Shown piece by piece: positions 31,368-41,600 of a DNA stretch of 64,000 bases. A model generated the notes under the pieces. That model did no database searches, had not been told where the DNA came from, and saw nothing but the letters and a program-made list of their open reading frames with translations. Position 1 is the stretch's first letter; each line of letters starts with the position of its first letter. Position numbers and translations under genes: made by a program. Source of the stretch: Naegleria gruberi (lineage: Eukaryota); the NCBI GenBank assembly GCA_000004985.1, contig GG738846.1; one strand, 5' to 3'.

Positions 31368-33377
31368 TTAATCTGAAAGATTTTCATAATCTTGATAATC
31401 TTCTTCTAAAATTGCACTGTAATCATGATCTGTATTATCAATCATATTATCTATCAGTTCTTGTGTATCTATGGTAGGTTTGTATTGAGGTTTCACAAAT
31501 ATTGCACTTCCTTTGCTGGTATGGTTGTTGGGTGGTAATGCAAGGGCTTGTTTGGTAAGAAGGAGGGGTTTCTTGGCAGTTGCCTTAATGCTTTTTTGAT
31601 TTGGAGAAGAAATTTGTGAAGATTCAATATCATCAGCTGATAGTATCAAGGTTGCATCATTATCTACAGTTCTGGTGCCACTAGTTGTTGTTGGTTGACT
31701 CTTTTTCATGGTTTCTGAAACTAGTTTTGTAATGGCTTCAAAATTTTCCCAAAATGATTTCGTCTCGTTCTTTTGTAATAAGTCCTTCAAGCTCTCATAG
31801 AGAAAACTATTCTTTCTTAAAAGACTCAATTGTGATCTCATACTGTCCGAGCTAAGTTTTAAAATTCTGTTTTCCTCAAGAGTTGTTTCAATAAGACGAC
31901 TCTTTTCTTCAAGCTTTCCCTCCATATCCTTTAGTTTGAACTTTTGTTTTTCATTTTCCTTCTTCAAATTATCACCTTTTTCTGCACGTTGCACAGCCTT
32001 CTCAAGTGATCTCTTAAACTCATCAATATCTTCGTCCTTGTCAGCTAATTGCTTTTCCAATAGTTGAATCTTCTTGTTTGCCTCTTCCAATTTCTTGGAC
32101 TTGTTCGACTCTTCTTCTAGTTTAGCTTGCAAAATCTTAATATTTTCCTTGTGCTCCTGTTCATTCTTCTCTTGTGAACTCAATTTTTTTTCTAATTCTT
32201 CAATTTTAGCAGATGCTTCACCATTTAACTTTTCAATAATCTCTTCTAAGAACTCTTGGTCAATTACAATATTATCCTCATCTATTTGACTTTCCTCTGG
32301 TTGGATAAATAGATTTGTTTTCAAATCGCGCAATTGAGGTGTTTGAGGGGATTGTGAGAAAAACTTAGGAACATGTTCATCAACAGTTATTTCTCCTTCT
32401 AATCCACCAAGTTCTGCTTCTTCATGGTTATTTTCTTGTGCCTCCTCTTCATCCTCGTTGTATTCAGAAAGGGTGTTATTAATCTCCTCAGAGTCTATCA
32501 TTTCTTGATCGATTGAGTCCTCCTCATCCTCATAATCTTCTAGACCTTCAAAATCTTCATCCTCATTGTCATCATCTTGTTCAACTTTTGCTTTCTTGTT
32601 TTTTTCTTCTTCTTCATCTCTCTTCCTCTTGTTTCTTTCTCGAATGTATTCATCAAACTTTTCCTGATATCCTTGTAAATAGGATGGATTGTTGTACTTT
32701 GAATAAATCAAAAGTCTTCCATCTAGATCAATAATATCGCCATTTGATATGCTGACTCTATTTGTGTTAATAATATCATTCTCGTCGGTGTCACAATTTT
32801 TGTAAGCAACTCCATTCACCACTACCAAGGCTCCTTCCTCTAAAATTAATACTGTACTATTGTCCAAATAGGTTAAATGACAATGATTTTCCAATATTGG
32901 CCAATCCTTATTGACTGCTCTCTTAATTTGTACATTGTTTGACTTTTCATCAGTTCCGAATCTAATTTCTGAAAGATAATTTTGTTCACTGGCTGAATAA
33001 TCCTCAGAGTTTGGATCTAACTTCCACAGTGTCATTAGATCTTGTCTAACAGCTTTTTTTGCATTCGAGTATACAACTAGATATCCCACTGGCTCGGGTG
33101 GTGATATTATAAGTTTTCCTACATCCCTTAACTTTCTTTTTGGTTCAATACTATTCTTTTCAATATTACTGCTACTACTGGTAGGGTTTGCTTCCTCTAC
33201 AGAGGAAGAAAATGAAACTTTCTTCTTTTCACTTGTATTGATTTGTTTACTTTCTAACTTGTTTGATTTTGATGTTTGTGAGTCTTTCTTGTTGTTTCGG
33301 GTCTTGTCGTTTGAAGATGATGATTGTTTACTCTTCCGATTTTTATCAGCTGTATTCTTTGATGAGTTTCTATTCAT
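31368..33377 (-). CDS. FHA-domain + coiled-coil protein, about 669 aa.
   Basis: FHA core: GYLVVYSNAKKAVRQ...IRFGTDEKSNNVQI...HCHLTYLD...VNGVAYK...GDIIDLDGRLLIY. An acidic tract and a long E/K-rich coiled coil follow. ATG 33377 (MNRNSS, cattttttct context) is preferred over the track's TTG. Confidence 0.6.
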   Translation of the reverse strand: MNRNSSKNTADKNRKSKQSSSSNDKTRNNKKDSQTSKSNKLESKQINTSEKKKVSFSSSVEEANPTSSSSNIEKNSIEPKRKLRDVGKLIISPPEPVGYLVVYSNAKKAVRQDLMTLWKLDPNSEDYSASEQNYLSEIRFGTDEKSNNVQIKRAVNKDWPILENHCHLTYLDNSTVLILEEGALVVVNGVAYKNCDTDENDIINTNRVSISNGDIIDLDGRLLIYSKYNNPSYLQGYQEKFDEYIRERNKRKRDEEEEKNKKAKVEQDDDNEDEDFEGLEDYEDEEDSIDQEMIDSEEINNTLSEYNEDEEEAQENNHEEAELGGLEGEITVDEHVPKFFSQSPQTPQLRDLKTNLFIQPEESQIDEDNIVIDQEFLEEIIEKLNGEASAKIEELEKKLSSQEKNEQEHKENIKILQAKLEEESNKSKKLEEANKKIQLLEKQLADKDEDIDEFKRSLEKAVQRAEKGDNLKKENEKQKFKLKDMEGKLEEKSRLIETTLEENRILKLSSDSMRSQLSLLRKNSFLYESLKDLLQKNETKSFWENFEAITKLVSETMKKSQPTTTSGTRTVDNDATLILSADDIESSQISSPNQKSIKATAKKPLLLTKQALALPPNNHTSKGSAIFVKPQYKPTIDTQELIDNMIDNTDHDYSAILEEDYQDYENLSD

Positions 33378-33553
33378 TTTTTCTAAATTTTTTATTCTTT
33401 CACCTCCAGCAAAAACTCGATTTCGTTTATTTACAAGAAGTTTGACCAAAACTTAATTTTTAATTTTAAAATTAAATAAAAATCAAAAAAATCAGAATTA
33501 AACTTAATTTACTTGTTTAAAAAGGTAATTCACAAAGAAAAATCTGAGAAAAA

Positions 33554-34255
33554 ATGTGCCAACATCATCAAATGATACACTCAATGATGCATTCATCATC
33601 GTCGGGAATGGACCATATGATGCAAAATTCCAAACCAATGATGATGGATATGGGTGGTAACTCTACTCATCACATGTTAATGTATTTCTCACCACAATCA
33701 TTCGAACCATTTGTTAAATATATTCTTTTTCAAAATTGGAATGCGGATAATGAATGGAAATATGCCCTCTCAGTAATTGGAATCTTTTTAATTGCCTTCT
33801 TTAATCAATTTATTTTCTTTGCTCTCCATGTTCAAGTCGACCGAAAGAAGAGAAGAATTTTGCACTATGTAATTTCATATATTTGTAAACCACTCGGATT
33901 CTTTTTGGAAATGTCTATAGGGTATCTACTCATGTTAGTTTCAATGACCTATAATTTTGGACTCTTTATGGCAATTGTGATGGGCAACTTTGTTGGCTAT
34001 ATCATCTTTAACATGATTTGTACAAGCATGTTGGAAGGACATTATCATCAAGATCAAGTTGAAGAAGAGGAAAAGGAAGAGGAAGTTGAGCATGAATGTT
34101 GTAAGAAGAGAAAGGAATATGAAAAGATCAATGATACTGATGTGAAACGTTATGATGGATTTACATCAACTTCTATGAATATTCAACGTAATAATTTTGA
34201 TGATTTTGTAGAAGGTGCTAGTCCTTCTGTTAGACATCTTCACGATGAATATTAA
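33554..34255 (+). CDS. CTR: Ctr-family high-affinity copper transporter, 233 aa.
   Basis: Met-rich N-terminus (MMHSSSSGMDHMM...MMMDMGG) and three TM helices with the signatures MxxxM (MLVSM) and GxxxG (GNFVG). Confidence 0.75.
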   Translation: MCQHHQMIHSMMHSSSSGMDHMMQNSKPMMMDMGGNSTHHMLMYFSPQSFEPFVKYILFQNWNADNEWKYALSVIGIFLIAFFNQFIFFALHVQVDRKKRRILHYVISYICKPLGFFLEMSIGYLLMLVSMTYNFGLFMAIVMGNFVGYIIFNMICTSMLEGHYHQDQVEEEEKEEEVEHECCKKRKEYEKINDTDVKRYDGFTSTSMNIQRNNFDDFVEGASPSVRHLHDEY

Positions 34256-34295
34256 ATCATAATTTTAGTATTATTAAAAATCATTCTTATTTATT

Positions 34296-34697
34296 CTACC
34301 TATTAATTTCTATTTTGTGATGAATTGGATTTAATTTTAAATTATCAAATAAAATCTTGTAACGAATCAACCAAATCAGATTGGCCATTTGCTTGACAAT
34401 GAATGGACTCACTCTATCCTTCAAGGTGACAGTGAAAAAATTGGTCACATAGGATATAACTTGATAAGTCATTGAAGGTTTTGTGGAGAGAAGAACAGAG
34501 GAATGTTTGGCATTGGAGTGCATTGTCAAATCACAAAGTAACATGTTGGAAAAATACAATTCCGTATTGAAGAGTGCATAATGTGCTGGAAAAGTTTCTT
34601 TAATAGTATTGATAAAACTAAAGTCTTTCCGAACCTCTATTGTGTTCAAAGAAGAAGAAGGTACTATTGATGTATTATTATTATCCTTCACATTCAT
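34296..34697 (-). CDS. Hypothetical 133-aa protein, possibly with a roadblock/longin-like fold.
   Basis: Single ORF with a compact alpha/beta-type hydrophobic pattern. No diagnostic motif recognised. Confidence 0.3.
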   Translation of the reverse strand: MNVKDNNNTSIVPSSSLNTIEVRKDFSFINTIKETFPAHYALFNTELYFSNMLLCDLTMHSNAKHSSVLLSTKPSMTYQVISYVTNFFTVTLKDRVSPFIVKQMANLIWLIRYKILFDNLKLNPIHHKIEINR

Positions 34698-34799
34698 CTA
34701 TTTTTTTTAAGTCAATAAATGCAGCTCACTTTACAAAATCGTAGAATTCTAAACACTTTACATTAGTATCACAATTTGCATGTTATAAAAGTAATAATA

Positions 34800-36944
34800 T
34801 TATTCCAAGAAAGATGGCTTTGGCATTTGTTTGCTCTTTTTAAAATTGCCAATTAAATCAGAAAATCTAGAAAGAGAGGCCTTATCAGAACCTTTTGGTG
34901 GATTGGCCAGTAAATGAACTTCAATAAATTCTAGAATCTTGGCAAATTGAGCCTTATAGATTTGATGCATCTTGTAACCAGCAATTCTCAAGAATGAATC
35001 TAAAATTTCCAATGTAAACATTGTTGGACGTGAGTTCAAGAAGGCAGCTAGCCATTCCCAACCCTTCTCAATACCATACTTGTGACCTGGTGGATTATTT
35101 TGAATAATCATGGCATATATTGTAATAATATCATTCATTCTATTCATGTATTGAGATTGACTTTCCATTTCGCCATCCTCTTCCTTGAAGCCAAGTTTTT
35201 TCTTCAAATCAGAAGCATCAGTAACTTCATAAGGGAAGTATGGAATTGTAAAGATGCAATTGGTATGAATGTATCCAATCACAGCATCCAAAATTTCAGG
35301 AGAATCATTCATCAATTCAGATGTTACCTCAATGAATGGTAACACCTTCTTCAAATCACTAGTTTGACTTGCTGCTTGATCCACAATGGTTCTAGCATAA
35401 AAGTACAAACAAAAGTAGAATACATCCTTCTTGACCTTTTGCTTGGACATTATTTGATTGATTTCCTTTACAATTTCTCTCTGGTTAGTTTCTGTTATTC
35501 TGTTAATGGTCTTGTTAATGAGCTTTTTGGCAGCATCCATTTCTGGTTTTAGTTGGGGATCCATTCTCTTTTGGAACGATGCATACATTTCCTCCATTCT
35601 GTCAACATAAATTTTGGCAATAACGTAGGTTTTTGGTCTGGTAAAGTTTGGAACGGTAAGGGTTTTCTTAGGTCCAGAATATGGATTAACAATGGAAATG
35701 TCACTCTTTTCGGCTGGAGTTTCTTCTGCAGTACCGATACTATTTGGTTGTTGAGGTTTGATAGGAGAAACGTTAATTTCAGCTGGGGCAGTGGCAGCGA
35801 TGGCAGCTTGTCTTTTCTTTTCTTCTTCTTCGGCAGCTTTTCTCCTTTCTTCTTCGAGTTTTTCACGAGCAATTCTCTCTTGTTCTGCTTTTATCTTGGC
35901 GATACGTTCTTGCTCTGCCTTAATTTTAACAAGTCGTTCTTGTTCTACCTTTCTAATTTCTTCATTTTCACATTCGACAAGTTTGAGAATTTCTGCAAGT
36001 TCCTTTTCGATGTTTTGTCTAGAATTTTGCTTTCTAATATGGAGTTCTTCAAGTGCTTTCTTAGTGTCCTGTTGATGAATAATTGGTGTCTGGGTTGTTT
36101 GAATTTTGATTGATGTAGGTATAGATTTTTTGGAGTAAATTTCAGAGAATTCTTCAAGAGTCGATTCTACTGGAATAATTCTTCTCTCTGGTCTGGAAAT
36201 ATCAATAGGGATAGGTGGAATGTTGTCATCTTCGTCTTCCAAATCAAGGCCATACCGTCCTGAAGAGTAGATATTGGTAGGAGTGACTGCTACTGGTTCA
36301 TAAAATTTTACATTCATATTAATATTATCACAGTCTTTTAGTGATTCTGATAGATTGGCTACCAAGTCCACTTTTCTCTTCTGTTCTTCAGAAATTAAAT
36401 CTAATGGAGCGGATCCAAGTTTCCTCTTTTCCACATGATTGATAGATTTTACCAATATTGGTTTAATAACTCGGGATGGTGTGATGTGTTCTAAATCCTC
36501 ATCCGATTGCTGATTTTTCCTAATATTTTCTCCATCTTGATTCAATTTTTCTATTGTATTATTATTATTTTCTGAAGTATTGGTATTTATATTTACTCGC
36601 TTTTTTGGTCTATCCTTGTTGATTTCCTTTCGTGATAATAAATAATTATTTACTAGATTACTAATTTCCGTTCCTTTAGTAAGTAGTGAAGTTGTTCCAA
36701 CAACAATAAATATCATTAAAATGGAGACCCAACCATTTGTTGTTCCAAAAAGCAGAGAGGAAAATAAGTCATTCTCCGTGTTGTTTTTTTCTTCATCACC
36801 CGAGTTGGTTTTTAAAATTTCTTCTTGGTCATCCATGAGAACAGACGAACATTCAGCCATTTCCGACAATAAGAAACCTCCTAAACACGATGCTATAACA
36901 AATATTAAACCAATGACGAAGGATATTCTAACATGTTGTTTCAT
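34800..36944 (-). CDS. GLE1: GLE1-like mRNA export factor, with an unusual N-terminal two-TM segment and a long coiled coil, 714 aa.
   Basis: The C-terminal Gle1 domain (DVFYFCLYFYARTIVDQA...NCIFTIPYF...GHKYGIEKGWEWLAAFLNSRP...FLRIAGYKMHQIYKAQFAKILEFI) is collinear with human GLE1 (CPYSVPFY...GWRWLAQILNM). The N-terminal hydrophobic helices FVIGLIFVIASCLGGFLL and VSILMIFIVVGTTSLL are in the same uninterrupted ORF. Confidence 0.7.
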   Translation of the reverse strand: MKQHVRISFVIGLIFVIASCLGGFLLSEMAECSSVLMDDQEEILKTNSGDEEKNNTENDLFSSLLFGTTNGWVSILMIFIVVGTTSLLTKGTEISNLVNNYLLSRKEINKDRPKKRVNINTNTSENNNNTIEKLNQDGENIRKNQQSDEDLEHITPSRVIKPILVKSINHVEKRKLGSAPLDLISEEQKRKVDLVANLSESLKDCDNINMNVKFYEPVAVTPTNIYSSGRYGLDLEDEDDNIPPIPIDISRPERRIIPVESTLEEFSEIYSKKSIPTSIKIQTTQTPIIHQQDTKKALEELHIRKQNSRQNIEKELAEILKLVECENEEIRKVEQERLVKIKAEQERIAKIKAEQERIAREKLEEERRKAAEEEEKKRQAAIAATAPAEINVSPIKPQQPNSIGTAEETPAEKSDISIVNPYSGPKKTLTVPNFTRPKTYVIAKIYVDRMEEMYASFQKRMDPQLKPEMDAAKKLINKTINRITETNQREIVKEINQIMSKQKVKKDVFYFCLYFYARTIVDQAASQTSDLKKVLPFIEVTSELMNDSPEILDAVIGYIHTNCIFTIPYFPYEVTDASDLKKKLGFKEEDGEMESQSQYMNRMNDIITIYAMIIQNNPPGHKYGIEKGWEWLAAFLNSRPTMFTLEILDSFLRIAGYKMHQIYKAQFAKILEFIEVHLLANPPKGSDKASLSRFSDLIGNFKKSKQMPKPSFLE

Positions 36945-38633
36945 TTTTTCAAAAAATTTGTAAATAATAATTTAATTTCTTGCCCTTTAATTTTGTTGAA
37001 ATAATGTTAGATTGAGTAATTTTCATCATTTTGCTCCAATTGAACATGCACCATTAAAAATCAACAATATATATGAAGCCATTGTTAGGCTCATTTGGAC
37101 GGTGTTACTTTACACTTTTATAATAACGTAACACTCAAGATATCAAAAACCTCAATAACAAATGAACCACCCTCCTCACTCGATACTCACTCAACAATAC
37201 TGTTTGAAGCAGCAGAAGATGTTAATGAATGGGAGATATAGTGTAATTCTCATGGTAGTATTAGTCATTGTAATGTGTAACGTGTGTATGAAATCAATTT
37301 AATTGGTGCTTTACATAATCACCATCCCACCAATGTTATTGAGTGGAGTGGAGTTGTGTTTATCAATCAAAACATGACCATACATTTTAATACTGCATTG
37401 GCAATTAGGGATGATGCAACTATTGTGTTCTATGTGGATAAAGAGGAAAAACTAAATCTTGATTATTACATTCGAAAGAGGTGATCTAAAGATTGGATCA
37501 AGAGTTCAGTTTCTTAGTTTGAGTATGTTTAGAGGGACACAAAAAACTCCAGCTCAAACAGCTTTCAATACTGAAGATTGGGGATTCTTTTTCAGATACT
37601 ATTGATGAGAATCATGCAGTTAATACACTCAACCTTAACTCTGTAACAGTAATGGAAAGTAGAAGATTTCAAAGTGGATCCCCAACTTTGGCCATTTCCA
37701 ATCTCAATTCGCAGAGATTGTCATTTTGAAGGAGGGAATTCAATTTCTGCAACTGTTATTGACTAAACCTTTGAGTTGGTGTCCTGTCTCCCCTTGTATC
37801 CATTTCAAATACATCATTTGATAATTCAATGGCAACAAAGTCTGGTATTGCAGTACTCAACAATTTACAAAGGAAAGTTGTAATGGATATAACAGATTCT
37901 AGGTTTACTAATATATTTGGAGTTTTAATTGCGTCAGATAATATCGTTGAAAGGTGCTATGGCTCTCCAGATTTGACTTTCTCCCTTATTCACATGTCAC
38001 ACACAGTGTATCGGCTCTCTTTTGATAAACAAAGTATTCCTGACAATTCCAATATATATACAAAATTGAGTCTTTTTCATTTTGGAAGCTTGAACGAAAC
38101 TGTTTCATTCTCCAACATCAGACTTCTGTTATAGAGGAATAACAAAGTCTAACTATATGTTCAACACAACTTTTAACTATTGGGGATCAAATGTTGACAA
38201 GTCAAAGAATTTGGAACCTTGGACAACTTATTCGCTTATATCTGAAAAACTTTCTCCAACCACTGCATTTTTATTTGTCCCTTACTACTTGGAGTCCAAA
38301 TGTACATGATATATTGGAATATATATTCCACCCCTCAAGTCAACTCATCCTGTTCATTCTTCGGCAGAATTGGAAAATCAGTATGTGTGGATGGATTGTT
38401 GTTGTGTCTTTCTGTTGCAGTTTTTGTTGTGATTATTTCAGTTGTATTGGTTTTGCTTTCTATAATGTTGGAGAAGAAAGAGAAGTAGTTATTTGGCTAT
38501 TAACTAACCGTATGCACATAAATAATCAGTGATATCAATATTAGCAATTCATAACAATTTAATGGATTTAGCACTTGCTTGGTACTTTTTGGAGTAAAAA
38601 GTAGTGATTAATTACAATACATTTTTTTGTGTC

Positions 38634-41600
38634 TTAATCCTCTTCATCAGATGGAATAAATTCGTCACCATCATCTTCGCCATCCTCTGGTTCACTGGCT
38701 TCACTATCAGAAAGTTCAATTATTTCCTCCTCCTCTTCTTCTTCATCCTCAGATTCCACCTTCTTATTGGCTCTGGTTGTCCTAACAGGTCTACCTCTGG
38801 CTTTAGGCTCTTCTTTATCTTCTTCAGCATCAGAAACAACAACTTCTTCAGCTTTCTTCTTCAATTCAAAAAAGTCTGTAATACTGGTTTTCCTCTTTTT
38901 GGTTGGTGGTTTTGTTTCCCTGGTCTTTATAGGGGCAGTGATAAGTTCCTCATCCTCTTGTTTTTCGTCACTCTGACTGCTACTGGCAGCTGGTTGGGCA
39001 GGAGTTGTTGCAGCAGAAGTTTTCCTCTTGACTCTCTCTGCAAATGAAAGTTCTTCCTCAGGTTCTTCATCTTTTTTTTCCTCCGCAAGTTCTTCATTCT
39101 TTGTGAAGGATAATTTGGTTTGCTTGGCAGCACTTCTATTCGATTTCACTGCTTTTGGTTTTGCTTCTTCTTCTTCTTCTTCATCATCGTCTTCATCGTC
39201 TTCATCGTCTTCCTCAACTTGTTTTTTGGTAGCTGGTTTTCTGCCACGTTTTGGTTTTTCATCGTCTTTGTCATCTTTCTTTTTAGCTGCAGGCTTTCTT
39301 CCTCGTTTTGGCTTCTCTTCCTTTTCTTCATCTTCCTCTTCGTCAGATTCTTCCTTTACTACCTTTTTGGCAGCTGGTTTTCTGCCACGTTTTGGCTTTT
39401 CTTCCTTTTCTTCTGCATCGTCTTCATCCTCTTCTTTCTTTACAGCTGGTTTTCTACCACGTTTTGGCTTTTCATCATCGTCAGCTTGTTCTTCTTTCTT
39501 TACAGATGTAGCCCTCTTTCTGGTGGTCTTGACCTTGGCTGTTGACTCATTTACGACAATGTCAGGTCTTAGTTTGGAAGTGGCACGATAACCCTTAGGT
39601 CTTGGAATTTTACCATGTTTTCCTCTTTCCTTTTCAATTTTCTTAAGGTAAAAGTCAAACTCCTTTTGTTCCTTTTGCTCATATGAATCTAACTTTTCCA
39701 AAAATTCGTCCAACTCAGAAAGCCACATTGTTTCAGGTTTAGTATTTTCCAACTGTTCAACTTCCTTTACCTTTTCCTCTTTTTCTTTTTCTAATTTCTT
39801 TACTTTCTCAACAGTTAATGACCACAAAGGCATGGACAAAAGATAATTGTATCCGTCAGTAAGATCTGCAACATCCTTTTCTTCATCCTCTTCTTCCTCT
39901 TCTTCCTCGTTTTGGATATCTCCTGCTGCTGCAATCTTCTTTTCCTTTGGGAATGAAGAATACTTCTTTGTTTTGAGTTCTTTTAACAGGTCTGCCTTCT
40001 TTCTCTTTTTCACTTGGATGGTTTCGTTAATAACTTCCATTATAAATCTGACCTTGTTGGAAAGGATTTCTAATTCCTTCTTCATCTTTTCTAGCATGTA
40101 TTCTTTTCTTTTGCCATAGAATTTCAATCTAATTGGATAAAACTCCTTCAAAATGTCCAAAACAGTTTCATATTCTTTGATACCACCCTCTTCAGAAAAT
40201 AAAACCATATTACTAGTAGAGAATTTCTTAAACAATTTAAAGTAGTCATATAGCCCAGCGTCTTCAGCATCTTTCATTTGCTTATCAGTCATTTTAACTG
40301 TGAAAGAGACAGTTACATCAGTGTGATTTTCTCTGAAATCGTCTACTTGTTGAGCTTCCATCATTTTTTCCAGACGTTCTTTGAATGATTCTGTCCATAT
40401 CCTAATTGGTAACTCACTGATATCAAGTGTATTATCATCGATTTTCTCAATGACACCCTTGGTTTGCCATTTGGTTGGAGCTAATCTTTCAATAATACCA
40501 TCAAAGCCTTTATACCATGGATGGAACTCCTTAGCTTCTTCTCCCTTAATCAGTGCCTTGAGTCCTTCGACAATATCAACTGGATTATAGGTTTCAATGT
40601 TTGTAGACCAGGCAGTACCAATACCTTCGGATCCATTTACTAACACCATTGGGAGAATTGGAACGTAAAATCTTGGTTCTATTGATTGACCGTCATCATC
40701 CAAATATTCAAGTACTGGATCATCAGCCTTAGGGAAAATGTATCTGGTAATTTCTGATAATTTTGTAAAGATATATCTGGGACTGGCAGAATCCTTTCCT
40801 CCTTGAAGACGAGTACCAAACATACCACCTGGATAAAGCAAGTTGATATTGTTGCTACCAACAAAATTTTGAGCCATATTTACAACTGTACCATTCAAGC
40901 TGTCTTCACCATGATGGTAGGCTGATTGTTCTGAAACGTAACCGGCAAGCTGAGCAACCTTGATTTCCTTTTTGAGGTTTCTCTTGAAACAACTGAATAA
41001 GATTTTTCTTTGACCAGGTTTTAAACCATCAACAATACTAGGAATAGATCTCTTACAGTCAGCCTTAGAGAAGAGAATCAATTCCTTATCAATAAAGTCT
41101 GTATATGAAATTTCCTTCTTGGAGTGATCAATGTAGGTACCTTCTTGATGATTATTTAGCCATTCCTTTCTTTCATCTGTGGCAGCCTTGGAAAATACAG
41201 AGGTGATCTTTTTATCACAATCAGTATCATACTTGAATCTCTTTTGGTGGAGAGACATATTTGAAAAGTATTCCTTTGCTTCTGGTGCTGTTGAAGTACC
41301 CAAACCCTTGTAGTATTTAATAGTCCAACCTTTTGTATCTGAAAGTCCTTCTTTCCATGTTTCATATTCAGGAATACTGAAAAAGGTTACAGCTTTCTTG
41401 GTACGATTGTTAGTTGCTTTTACGATTGGTGTTATGAATTCTTTCAAAAATCCAGGTATTTTGAGTAAGCTTGGCCAGAATTTGTGAATAAAATTAATGA
41501 GTAAACCTTTGATGTGTGAACCGTCGTGATCTTGATCAGCCATGATCATAATACTACCATATCTGAGGGATTTGATATCCTCCTTTGTGTATGTCTTATC

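Noticed and set aside
30902-31387. The longer version of the small membrane protein, starting at the upstream in-frame ATG (31387).
   Set aside because: It would overlap the last 7 codons of the FHA gene. The internal ATG has the AAAAAAATGGG context and an MGxxxS myristoylation consensus, so it is preferred.
37228-38532. Three short + strand ORFs (37284..37484, 37829..38134, 38191..38532) in the ORF-poor island, considered as a protein gene.
   Set aside because: They are in different frames with no convincing GT...AG joins, no A-run start and no recognisable motifs. The region is flagged instead as a candidate ncRNA, pseudogene or unannotated-gene island.
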